A stretch of 32,000 bases of DNA. Origin: Pseudoalteromonas obscura. Lineage in GTDB: Bacteria; Pseudomonadota; Gammaproteobacteria; Enterobacterales; Alteromonadaceae. The translations under genes were made by a program, and so were the position numbers. The stretch spans positions 11,658 to 43,657 of the forward strand of contig NZ_JASJUT010000017.1 of assembly GCF_030135505.1 (NCBI RefSeq). The letters run 5' to 3'. Positions 1-9,290 of this stretch are shown here, piece after piece. The stretch's first letter is position 1. Each line of letters begins with the position of its first letter. Under the pieces are notes generated by a model. That model was not told where the DNA came from. It saw nothing but the letters and a program-made list of their open reading frames with translations, and did no database searches.

Positions 1-1969
1 TCGGGTTTTGGTTGACCACATGTTGTGCGATAAAATACTCACTGCCGGTCAAAGGTATAATCGATTGCAAAGGCTTTAAATAAGACGCCGTCTGCTCGCG
101 CACAGGCGCTGCATTTTCAGCCAGCGCTTCAAGTTGCGCTAATGGTGGATAAGTACGCTCAACATCGGTGTCAGGTACCCAGTAACGCTGCTTTGCAAAG
201 GGGTATCCGGGTAAGCTCACTTTGTTTGGCAGTGCGCCATCATATAAGGCTCGCCAGTCAACTGGGTAACCTTGGATCCACAACCCTACCAAGGCGGGCC
301 AATCCACCTCAGACAAGAGATCAGCATAGACTAGATTATTGGCAGTAATAAATGCATCCAACGCTTTGCCTTTGATAATTTCTCCATACCAGCGCTGGGT
401 CGGTTTGCTAATGTCATCAAATTGATGTTCTAGAACATCGGCGAGTTGCTGGGTAAGCTCATCCATTGAATTTGCTGCGAGGGCAAGTCGGTGCTCATGA
501 TGCGCTCTACCAACTTGCAAAGTACTGGCGATACTGCGAAGGTCCTGCACATCGTGGACACTCTGACCGGTGTGTTCAAGCGTGGTGTGCAATCGCCTTA
601 CCGCTCTGTGCAGCTGCTCAGTACTTTTAGCCGACAACACGATATAACTTGGCACAGATGCGGATTGTTGCTCAACGGGGGTCTCTGCGACATACTCCTC
701 AACCACCATATGTGCATTTGAACCGCCAGCGCCAAATGCTGAGATACCCGCTACGCGCTTTTTCCCCTCAGCAACTTGCCACGGCTGTGCTTCACGTGGC
801 ACGTCAAACGGAGAGTTATCAAAATCAATATAGGGGTTGCGTGTTTGTGAGTGAATAGAGGGGGCAATGGTTTTATAGCGCATTTGCAGCAAAACCTTCG
901 TTAATCCGGCAATGCCTGATGCACTTTCACAGTGACCAATATTAGATTTGATAGAGCCTATCAAACACGCCGCTTCGCCCTGCGCATTCTTGGCCAGATA
1001 ACCCTCGTTATATGCCCTTTGTAAACCATCGACTTCAATCACATCTCCAATTGCGGTGCCTGAACCGTGCGCCTCAATATAACTGATGGGATCAGACGCC
1101 GTTTTTGCCAACGCTTGGCTTATTACCTCTGCCTGCGAAGATGCTTTTGGTACGGTATACGTTCTCGACGCGCCGCCATGGTTGATGGCCGTCGCTAGGA
1201 CCACCCCATAGATATGATCACCATCTTCGAGGGCATCAGCGAGGGGTTTGAGCAACACAGCCCCAACGCCTTCTGAAGCCACATAGCCTGTCGCTTTATC
1301 CCCAAAACTATGACAGCGCCCAGTTTTCGATGAAAAACGCCCCGCACTATGTAAAATAAACTTATTGGGGTGCAGTGTTAGGTTGACGCCACCTGCGATG
1401 GCGGCACGGCACTCGCCGTTTAAAATACTTTGACACGCTAAGTGTACCGAGCTGATGGAGCCCGAGCACATGGTATCAATGGTCATGCTAGGACCGGTAA
1501 AATTACAACAGTAAGACACCCCATTAGTAATAGAAGCATTGAGTGCAGAAACCGGTGTATTGGCCTGACTGTACATCAAATATTCATTGTACTCTACCGC
1601 GCAAAATACCCCTACAGGCCCTCTCTCTGAGAGCCCTTCACACGAGTATCCAGCATCTTCAACAGTGTGATAGGCACACTGGAGAAATTGCCTTTCTTGA
1701 GGATCGGTCAGCTCGGCGACTTTTGGCGCCATATTAAAGAACAAGGGGTCAAATTGATCTACATCATTGATGAATCCACCCCATTTACTATAACTTTTAC
1801 CATACACCCGGTTACCTGGCTGATGATACAAAGCGTGATCCCAACGCGTTTTGGGTATTTCCGTGACGGTATCTTTGCCTTGTTTGAGGTTTTCCCACAA
1901 TTCATCTAGGTTGTCTGCGCCTGGGTATTTTCCTGATATCCCAATGATCGCTATTTTTTGGTTGCTCAC
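1..1969 (-). CDS. Trans-AT PKS, partial (continues past left edge): KS followed by start of a DH domain; probable MmpD/TmpD-type first extension module
   Basis: Not in the supplied ORF track because it has no stop inside the window. Minus-strand translation from GTG at 1969 (upstream AGGGGATCGGA): VSNQKIAIIGISGKYPGAD...; KS active site IDTMCSGS, IEAHGSGTAIGD, SNIGHCESASG, GISAFGAGGSNAHMVVEE. The last in-window residues, TGSEYFIAQHVVNQNP, resemble a DH N-terminal hot-dog fold with the catalytic His. Confidence 0.9.
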   Translation of the reverse strand, partial: MSNQKIAIIGISGKYPGADNLDELWENLKQGKDTVTEIPKTRWDHALYHQPGNRVYGKSYSKWGGFINDVDQFDPLFFNMAPKVAELTDPQERQFLQCAYHTVEDAGYSCEGLSERGPVGVFCAVEYNEYLMYSQANTPVSALNASITNGVSYCCNFTGPSMTIDTMCSGSISSVHLACQSILNGECRAAIAGGVNLTLHPNKFILHSAGRFSSKTGRCHSFGDKATGYVASEGVGAVLLKPLADALEDGDHIYGVVLATAINHGGASRTYTVPKASSQAEVISQALAKTASDPISYIEAHGSGTAIGDVIEVDGLQRAYNEGYLAKNAQGEAACLIGSIKSNIGHCESASGIAGLTKVLLQMRYKTIAPSIHSQTRNPYIDFDNSPFDVPREAQPWQVAEGKKRVAGISAFGAGGSNAHMVVEEYVAETPVEQQSASVPSYIVLSAKSTEQLHRAVRRLHTTLEHTGQSVHDVQDLRSIASTLQVGRAHHEHRLALAANSMDELTQQLADVLEHQFDDISKPTQRWYGEIIKGKALDAFITANNLVYADLLSEVDWPALVGLWIQGYPVDWRALYDGALPNKVSLPGYPFAKQRYWVPDTDVERTYPPLAQLEALAENAAPVREQTASYLKPLQSIIPLTGSEYFIAQHVVNQNP

Positions 1970-2069
1970 TCCGATCCCCTTCTGTCAATATTTTGCACCG
2001 CCCCAAACCCAAGCTTTTACCAAGCACCGTGGTGACGATTAAATGCTTTTCTGTGCGTACTTCGCGTGT

Positions 2070-2903
2070 TTAATGGCCGTTTAAAATTAAGTCTTCGCAG
2101 ACCTCTGCGGTGTCGGTAAACAGATTGTAATGCCCCCAATTAGCAAAAATTTTATATTCGGCATCCGGAATAATTTCGGCAAGCGCCACGGACTCTTGCC
2201 AGGCGACCATATCATCGTTACCTCCACCGACAATGAAGGTTGGGCAGCTGATCTGTTCCGTTAAGGTGCGACTGATCTTAAATTCGTGGGTGGTATTGAC
2301 CAGATGGGCAAACCGTAGAAACGCCTCTTTACCGCTATTGAACGGTGCTTGGATCATCTGTTGGTAGTGCTTATTATCAATACGCGCCAATTTGTCTTGC
2401 ATGCTTTTGGTGTTATACGCCACGATGTTTTGATGGAGAAAATCAAGCTTCTTCTCATCGTGGATCAACATGCGGCAAACCTGACCTATGGTATCGCCCG
2501 TGAGCCCCGGCGTGCCTTGATTAAAGAAATTTGGCGCATTGAATAGCACCATTTTTTCGATTAAACATGACTCTTGTGCCGCAGCAACCAACGCAATTTG
2601 GATTCCCGTACACCACGCAACCAAGGTGAACGAGGGCAAGGCTAACTCGGTCACAATACTGGTTAAGTCTTGAACTTGATCCTGTACGGAATACTCGCGA
2701 AAACGCTCATCGTATACACCAGGAAACCCCCGGCGTCGCCAGGTCACAAAGTTATGACCGCGCGCCACCATGGCATCTGACAACGCCTGTGTAATACAGC
2801 TGTCGACACCCAGCGCATTGATGAAGACCACTGTAGGCTTGGTGTTATCAAACTGATTGAGGTTAACGTCCAGCATTAATCCGTCATGTGCTTGTACTTT
2901 CAT
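2070..2903 (-). CDS. Alpha/beta hydrolase, in the position of the putative hydrolase MupL
   Basis: 277-aa ORF; ATG at 2903 overlaps the upstream stop (ATGA). Nucleophile elbow FTLVAWCTGIQ (Cys instead of Ser), later PTFIVGGGNDDMV and FANWGHYN, consistent with an Asp/His pair of the fold. Confidence 0.75.
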   Translation of the reverse strand: MKVQAHDGLMLDVNLNQFDNTKPTVVFINALGVDSCITQALSDAMVARGHNFVTWRRRGFPGVYDERFREYSVQDQVQDLTSIVTELALPSFTLVAWCTGIQIALVAAAQESCLIEKMVLFNAPNFFNQGTPGLTGDTIGQVCRMLIHDEKKLDFLHQNIVAYNTKSMQDKLARIDNKHYQQMIQAPFNSGKEAFLRFAHLVNTTHEFKISRTLTEQISCPTFIVGGGNDDMVAWQESVALAEIIPDAEYKIFANWGHYNLFTDTAEVCEDLILNGH

Positions 2904-5900
2904 AGAGGTGTTTCCAGTTCCAAATTTTGCTGCGCAGATTGCGCGGTCGATTGATGTGAGCTCGGCAAGTTATCTATCTTTGACCAAATATCGCAACTGC
3001 GATCTTGCCATGCATCCACAAATGAACTCTGGCGCTCATTATACGCCTGCTCAGCCGCCAGCTTGTCGCGCCCTCTGAGCTTAAAGTACTCATCCGTCGC
3101 ACTGGCATAGGCGGATATGGCCAGTACAGCTCCCATACCCGCTACAGGTGAACCCGTTCCCGACGCATCCCCGGTAAGCATGATGTTTTTACTGATAAAG
3201 GTACTCGCCCGTGAATATTGCACATCTATGGGTTTGCTGATCCACAACACCTCTCCTACCGAATTTTGCTGTGAGTCACTGAAGAATTGCGCACGCTGTG
3301 CAAGCTGCTCTGCGCTTGGCAGTTCACCATTAGCACTGTACACCGCTACACCTAGTTCATCACGATTTGGATAAAAGAGCCCGAATGCACAACCTGATAA
3401 CTGTTGTTCAGCATCAAAAGAGAATTTGTAGTTAAGTGTTGATCTATCTCCAACGGCACGGCAATGATAGATATACCAGCACTCCTCTCCCTTATTGGAC
3501 GTTTCAATGTCGTAACATATCCCCACAGCCTGCGCATTTGAACTGCACTCGCCATCGGCTAAGATCACCAATTCTGGCGTGACAGTGGAAGTTGACTCCA
3601 ACTGTAAATTATTCAATGTTACGCTGGCTTGCTCAAGCTCTGTCGGCACCACTTTTGCTTCCACATTAAAGTAAATACGCACGCCCTGTTCACGTGCAGC
3701 AATCAGCAGTACATCTTGCAGATCAGCCAAAGAGATAGCCAATACAGACTCGCCCACAAACTCATCATAGGCACTCTTATGGGAGGTACCAGCCGCTGTG
3801 AGTTGGGTCGTCGCTAACTGTGCCTCATCTATCTCTTTTTGATAATAACGCGTAGACTCATTGTCACTGCGGGTATAAAAGAAGTTGTGCTGTGCTATCG
3901 GCGTGCCGCGCTCGATAAGCTGCGTCAGTACACCAAAGCGTTGTAAATAAGGCAGTGCGTTTTGATATATGGTGACCATTTGCATCCGGTCAACGGCCTT
4001 GCGTTTATCAAACAAGTAAACCCGTTCCACCCCATTGAGCACGGCGCTCAACGCTGCCATGATCCCTGCCGGACCTGCACCGATCACCACCACACTGTGT
4101 TCATCAATCTCGTCTAACAACTGTGTGGCGCTGTTCTCGTATTCAAAGCGGTAACCACTGCTCGTGGCCTGAGAGATATAGCCCGGAAGGTCACTTGGCA
4201 TTTGCTTGGCCCCTACCGTCTGAGCCGGTGCTGGTTGCACGCGTTCAATCACTGTAATCAGATCAGACACACTGTCGGCTTGAAGTAACTCACTGCCCAC
4301 TTGAGCTTCGTCGAGTTGTTCAATACCATCGCAAAGCGCAGACACTATCAACATTTTGGTCACTGACGTGACACCTAAGGCTTTGAGTGGCGTTGTCAGA
4401 TGTAGCTCATCACGGCTAAGACCTAAGATTTGTCCAACCGTCTCTACCACTAACTCAGCCACTTCCGTTTGATGTGATGGCTGCACCGCATTGGCATCAC
4501 TGGCCTGCGCAATATCAGTTTCAGACAATGCTGGTTGAGCCGGTGTATCTATCTGCTGTGCACTGTTCAGTGATGGTTTTTGCGCCGCTTTGGGTAGCCA
4601 ACAATGACGACGCGCAAACGGATAAGTCGGCAATGCAATGATCTGAGGCAGGACACTATGTTGCTCACCATAAAGAGACGCCCAACTCAGCTGTCCTCCT
4701 TGCACCCATAACTTGGCCTGTTTTAACAATTCAGTATCGTTCTCAACGTCTAGCTCAATGGATGCATGGCGCGACGTGTGTTCAATATCATGAAAAAAGA
4801 CCTGCGCCTGTGCCTTACCATCTAGCCACGCTGCGAGGTATTCACGTAACTGTTCTATGGTGTTAACCACACAACTCAACCGAGTCGGCATGGCCTCTCT
4901 GCCTTCTATCAGCGTATACGCTAAATCGTCGAGATGAATGTCTTGCTCCGTGCTGAAATGCTCCATATGACGTGTCACCAACTCCTTGAGACGTGTCTCA
5001 TTTTGCGCTGAAAACACCATTACTCGATCACGGCGTACACCTTCTACTTTGGTTGCTGATTTTGCAGTTAGACACTCCTCTAGCACCATACAACAACCCG
5101 AACCACCTGCACCCAAGGTATTGATCATCGCACTTCTGGGCTGCTCAGCTGCTGTCGTCCACGGGGCAAACTTGTCTTGGATAGTAAATGGAGCATTGTC
5201 TAAATCGAGTTTGGGATTAAGTGGCGTATGCAAGATCGAAGGGGTCAATACCCTGTGCTTCAACTGCATGGCGACTTTGATTAGCTGCGTCAACCCTGAT
5301 GCAGCTTCAGCATGGCCGATACTCGATTTAACGGTGCCTATGGGCAGTTTTCTATTACCTAGGGCGTCACAAAACACCTGCTTCATCGCTTGAATTTCAG
5401 CGCTGTCTGACACCGTCGCGCCCGCAACTGAAGTTTCAACATAGTGTATCTGCTGGGGCGTCACTTTGGCCGTTTGCAGGCACCCGGCCATTAAGCGTGT
5501 TAGAGCATCGGGATCAGAGACATTAAATCCATCCGTAGTGCCTTTATGGTCGGTATGCACGCCTTTGATCACGGCCAGTACTTCATCATTATCTTGTATC
5601 GCATCACGCAAAGGCTTCAATAACACCGCACCGACCGTCTCGGCGGGAATAAACCCACCTGATTCACCAAACCCTCGCACAGTACTTTGCTCAGCCAGCA
5701 ATTGAGACTGACTTAACGCCTGATATTTGTAGCCGTGAATAGATAAATTAGTGGCCCCCACAATGGCTAGCCGACAAGCCCCACTGAGTAGGTTTTGACA
5801 GGCAAGATAAATTGCACTGGCAGCCCCCGAGCACATGGTGTCCACCGCCATGCTTGGTCCATGCAGGTCAAAAAAGTGAGAAATACGGTTGGCCATGCTA

Positions 5901-7207
5901 GAGAGCGATGACATGGCCACCATCGCTTTTTTATCTTGCTCGGTGTCAAAAGCATGATACTGCTGATACATAGATGCGGTGTAGACTGCCACCTTGTGAT
6001 CGTATTGTTGTGCCAATTTTTGTTTGGTGTAGCCGCGACTTTCCAGTAGGTTCCAAACCTCTTCTAAGAGCAATCGCTCTTGTGGGTCCATCAACTGTGC
6101 TTCGCGCGGGGAGATCTTAAAAAATAGTGGATCGAACTTATCAACTCCGTGAATAAACCCACCCCAACGACATGCCAACGCAGCACTTTCAGAGCCAAAT
6201 AACGCCGCTCGCTCCTCGGGAATATCAATAACACAATCCATGCCTTGTTGCAGGTTTTGCCAAAATTTAGCAACGTTTTCAGCCTCTGGAAAACGCCCCG
6301 CGACACTGACGATCGCGATATCTTGCTCAGACACCGATGCTGCTGTAGTGTCACGATGCGCTGCACTCTCAGTGCGCTCGCTGTGCGCTTTGGTCTCACT
6401 CGGGGCGCTATCCATTGCATTGGATGCGCGAGCTGGTGCGGAGCTTGGCTGGCCGAATAGCCGCTTAATATTGTCCGTCACCTCAGGTTGATGCATGGTC
6501 TGAGCATGCATAGCTAGCTCTTGCTCAATAAATGTTGGCAGCTTGTCGCGCACCTGCTGACAGAGGTGTTTTTTCAATAGAGAGACTGAGCGCAGCGGCT
6601 TTTGGGCGATTAAGTCAGCCAGTTCGTAAGCTCGACTTAGCACGCTTTTGCGCGGCAGTACTTGCAGCCCCACCCCGCGTTGTTGTAATTCATCACCGCG
6701 ATATTGATTGGCACTCAATAACATCTCACTGCCCAGATCCACGCCCAGCTTGGTGGGCACTATCAAGGTCGACCCCATCCCAGGGGTAAACCCATATTTC
6801 ATAAAGTTGAGGGTGTAATAGCTCTCTTTGCTGAGCAACACGATGTCGGAGAATAACCCCATCACAAATCCGCCGCCGATGGCGTGGCCCTGAATGGCAG
6901 ATATCACTGGCACCCGACACTCTAATGGCAAGCTATAAATATTGACGTCGCTAAAGTTGCCCTGTGTGTCATTTAACGACAACAGGCTATCCTGAGTGCC
7001 ACCACTACAAAAATAGCTGTCGAAGCCGGTGATAATGACCGCTTTGCAAGTTCGATTTTCCTCTATTTTTTTATACGCTTGCATCAACCCTGACAAAATA
7101 TCACGGCTAAACATATTTTTATTGTCACGGTCTTCCATGGTGATCTGGACAACACCGTTATTCTGCTCGATGATGGAAACAACCGAGTTGATGATTATTT
7201 TTGTCAT
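2900..7207 (-). CDS. Multidomain protein: ECH2 (decarboxylase type, MupK/PksI-like), non-elongating KS, ACP, FAD-dependent oxygenase (MmpE type)
   Basis: ORF track starts at 7255, but ATG at 7207 (MTKIIINSVVS) with upstream GGGAAAG looks like the real start. ECH motifs IQGHAIGGGFVMGLFSDIVLLSKESYYTLNFMKYGFTPGMGSTLIVP (~7195-6470); KS IAIVSVAGRFPEAENVAKFW, TMCSGAASAIY (~6335-5090); ACP LKALGVTSVTKM (~4490-4270); Rossmann VVVIGAGPAGIMAALSAV and NIMLTGDASGTGSPVAGMGAVLA (~4125-3020). Confidence 0.88.
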   Translation of the reverse strand: MTKIIINSVVSIIEQNNGVVQITMEDRDNKNMFSRDILSGLMQAYKKIEENRTCKAVIITGFDSYFCSGGTQDSLLSLNDTQGNFSDVNIYSLPLECRVPVISAIQGHAIGGGFVMGLFSDIVLLSKESYYTLNFMKYGFTPGMGSTLIVPTKLGVDLGSEMLLSANQYRGDELQQRGVGLQVLPRKSVLSRAYELADLIAQKPLRSVSLLKKHLCQQVRDKLPTFIEQELAMHAQTMHQPEVTDNIKRLFGQPSSAPARASNAMDSAPSETKAHSERTESAAHRDTTAASVSEQDIAIVSVAGRFPEAENVAKFWQNLQQGMDCVIDIPEERAALFGSESAALACRWGGFIHGVDKFDPLFFKISPREAQLMDPQERLLLEEVWNLLESRGYTKQKLAQQYDHKVAVYTASMYQQYHAFDTEQDKKAMVAMSSLSSMANRISHFFDLHGPSMAVDTMCSGAASAIYLACQNLLSGACRLAIVGATNLSIHGYKYQALSQSQLLAEQSTVRGFGESGGFIPAETVGAVLLKPLRDAIQDNDEVLAVIKGVHTDHKGTTDGFNVSDPDALTRLMAGCLQTAKVTPQQIHYVETSVAGATVSDSAEIQAMKQVFCDALGNRKLPIGTVKSSIGHAEAASGLTQLIKVAMQLKHRVLTPSILHTPLNPKLDLDNAPFTIQDKFAPWTTAAEQPRSAMINTLGAGGSGCCMVLEECLTAKSATKVEGVRRDRVMVFSAQNETRLKELVTRHMEHFSTEQDIHLDDLAYTLIEGREAMPTRLSCVVNTIEQLREYLAAWLDGKAQAQVFFHDIEHTSRHASIELDVENDTELLKQAKLWVQGGQLSWASLYGEQHSVLPQIIALPTYPFARRHCWLPKAAQKPSLNSAQQIDTPAQPALSETDIAQASDANAVQPSHQTEVAELVVETVGQILGLSRDELHLTTPLKALGVTSVTKMLIVSALCDGIEQLDEAQVGSELLQADSVSDLITVIERVQPAPAQTVGAKQMPSDLPGYISQATSSGYRFEYENSATQLLDEIDEHSVVVIGAGPAGIMAALSAVLNGVERVYLFDKRKAVDRMQMVTIYQNALPYLQRFGVLTQLIERGTPIAQHNFFYTRSDNESTRYYQKEIDEAQLATTQLTAAGTSHKSAYDEFVGESVLAISLADLQDVLLIAAREQGVRIYFNVEAKVVPTELEQASVTLNNLQLESTSTVTPELVILADGECSSNAQAVGICYDIETSNKGEECWYIYHCRAVGDRSTLNYKFSFDAEQQLSGCAFGLFYPNRDELGVAVYSANGELPSAEQLAQRAQFFSDSQQNSVGEVLWISKPIDVQYSRASTFISKNIMLTGDASGTGSPVAGMGAVLAISAYASATDEYFKLRGRDKLAAEQAYNERQSSFVDAWQDRSCDIWSKIDNLPSSHQSTAQSAQQNLELETPL

Positions 7208-7211
7208 TGTT

Positions 7212-7991
7212 TTAACTTTCCCATGGCAGCTTGCCGCTGTCCACATAACGTCCAATATTGGTTACCACAGAAGGCAAAGAAAACGTTGCTCGATTTTCCT
7301 GTACCGCGATCGGCTCGTGTTCAAGTAATTGTGGGTTCAATGTATTCATATAGTGTTTGTGCCGTATTATGCCATCACGAGGTAAGCGTCTTAGACGCAG
7401 TAAATGTCGTCTTAGCAACTCATCTAAGTCATCGGACACGGCGTCCGCCAGTCCCCAATTGGCAACATCGTGGGCGTTAAAAGGGGAGGTCATCAAGGTC
7501 ATATAGTTGGCTTTTTGCCAGCCAACTTTTTTGATCAAAAATGGCATGACACAGGCGGGCAAAATTCCAAAGATGAGTTCTGACAAACTATATTGTGCGC
7601 GACTACCTGACAATACAATGTCACATGCTGCAACAAATCCCATCCCGCCGGCATTGACCCGACCTTCAACCACGGCAATGGAGATAAATGGTCCCAGCGC
7701 AATTCGCTTCCACAGCGTGTACAGTATACTTGGGTCGTGTTCACTACCCTGCTGGTTGTCTGTGTACTCTTGTTTGTCCATCCAAGAAAAGTCAGCGCCG
7801 AAACAAAACACGTCCGGCAGTCCTTTGATAACCAATATGTTGCTGCGCAACTCGCAGTCGTCGATCACCCGCAGGCACTCTTCAATCATTTGCTTATTCA
7901 AAGTATTCTTATGGTTAGGTCGGTTAAATTGAAGCGTACATATCTCCGCATTATGACTAACCTTGATCATCTCATACGTCACGATTGACAC
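7212..7991 (-). CDS. Enoyl-CoA hydratase-like ECH1 (dehydratase of the beta-branching cassette; MupJ/PksH type)
   Basis: 259-aa crotonase-fold protein; LPDVFCFGADFSWMD and VEGRVNAGGMGFVAACDIVLSG; lies next to HCS. 5' end uncertain (GTG at 7991, alternative in-frame starts nearby). Confidence 0.85.
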   Translation of the reverse strand: MSIVTYEMIKVSHNAEICTLQFNRPNHKNTLNKQMIEECLRVIDDCELRSNILVIKGLPDVFCFGADFSWMDKQEYTDNQQGSEHDPSILYTLWKRIALGPFISIAVVEGRVNAGGMGFVAACDIVLSGSRAQYSLSELIFGILPACVMPFLIKKVGWQKANYMTLMTSPFNAHDVANWGLADAVSDDLDELLRRHLLRLRRLPRDGIIRHKHYMNTLNPQLLEHEPIAVQENRATFSLPSVVTNIGRYVDSGKLPWES

Positions 7992-8001
7992 TCACACATC
8001 T

Positions 8002-9267
8002 TTATTGGAATTCATATTCTCGATGAAAATTATTGATCCGCTTCAAATACAAACGAGGACTCAACTGCTGTTGTTGTTGGATCTTATCGGTGATTGGGCA
8101 TTCAACCTCCACATCTTGGGTACCAAAGCGCACGTCTTTGTTTTGTCGTAAAGATCTTTCATACTCTTCGATGGAGAGCTGATAGCGACTATCCAAATGC
8201 GATGCGATATCCAGTGACTTTAAGCGTGCTTGCCCCTGCTCGGTGACAATACCACTGTAAAATTCAGAGCAGCATCCTGAACCATAGGCAAAACACCCGA
8301 TCCGTCTGGGCGTGCTGAAATCCCCCGCTTCTATCACCCCCGCCAAAGACACATACAACGCCCCGCCCATAATGTTACCAATGCGCTGACAATAGGTCAG
8401 TCCAGGCGTCACCCGCTGGTTATAATCGGCTTCGATTTGCGCCGGAGGTTGCTGCGCAAATTTTCTCATCAACGAGCGGTGCGCACCTTTAACCATGCCG
8501 CCAAATGGAGTATGAAATGCCAAATAGTCAAATGTATGTGCGTAGTTCGCCCCGTCAACACGTTGCTGGTACTGCAAAAAGGTTTGTTCACAACAATCTA
8601 AATAAGACATCAAAGAGATATCTGCATTGCCCGCTTCACTGTCTGGCTGAGGTCGGCAGGTATCCATGACCTCATAAGAGTAATAACCGCTGGCTCCAAC
8701 ATCCAACCTAAAAATTTCCGGTTTATTGCTGATCAGCATAGCCACTGCGCCAGCGCCACCCGAAGGCTCTGAAAACGCCCAATCTTTTTCATTGACGTCC
8801 TCTTCTCCTAAAACCATAAATCGACAGAGATCCACCGCAATCACTAAAGCTTTAGCACCAGGTGAGGTGTTAGACAAAATGAAGTTCGCTGCATTATGTA
8901 AACCAACCGTACCTGAGTAGCACGCTTGTTTTACCTCAAACACCCGGCAATTTTTATTCAAGCCAAGGTGATCATGAACATAGGTGCTAATGGATTTACC
9001 AAAATCAATGCCTGACTCAGTACAGGTGATCAGCATTTCGATGCTGTTTTTTTCTTCCTCACTCAATGCATCCAAAATGGGCTTGGCAGCATTGACGGCG
9101 AACGTGACCGGATCTTCACTGGCCAGTGCCACGGTTTTTTCTGACATCAATAAATTGTTAAAGCGTGCGATATCAAGTTCGCGGTGATCGATCAGTTTAC
9201 GTACATCCAAACACGCTGTGCCCGCATATACATTCATCGCTTCAATCCCTACTTCACTGCATTCCAT
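8002..9267 (-). CDS. mupH/tmlH-like: HMG-CoA synthase-like enzyme (HCS) for polyketide beta-branching; MupH type
   Basis: 421 aa; IEAMNVYAGTACLDVRKL, catalytic Cys motif FEVKQACYSGTVGLHNAANF, YLAFHTPFGGMVKGAHR; GGAG ribosome-binding site upstream of ATG 9267. Confidence 0.93.
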   Translation of the reverse strand: MECSEVGIEAMNVYAGTACLDVRKLIDHRELDIARFNNLLMSEKTVALASEDPVTFAVNAAKPILDALSEEEKNSIEMLITCTESGIDFGKSISTYVHDHLGLNKNCRVFEVKQACYSGTVGLHNAANFILSNTSPGAKALVIAVDLCRFMVLGEEDVNEKDWAFSEPSGGAGAVAMLISNKPEIFRLDVGASGYYSYEVMDTCRPQPDSEAGNADISLMSYLDCCEQTFLQYQQRVDGANYAHTFDYLAFHTPFGGMVKGAHRSLMRKFAQQPPAQIEADYNQRVTPGLTYCQRIGNIMGGALYVSLAGVIEAGDFSTPRRIGCFAYGSGCCSEFYSGIVTEQGQARLKSLDIASHLDSRYQLSIEEYERSLRQNKDVRFGTQDVEVECPITDKIQQQQQLSPRLYLKRINNFHREYEFQ

Positions 9268-9290
9268 TACTTACTCCTACTCACGTATTG

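Noticed and set aside
4986-5393. 135-aa plus-strand ORF (and 12505-12909, 6240-6491, 7507-7932, 13955-14329, 9911-10105, etc.)
   Set aside because: All lie antisense within high-confidence PKS/cassette genes, lack recognisable domains and have compositions expected from the opposite strand of conserved coding sequence.
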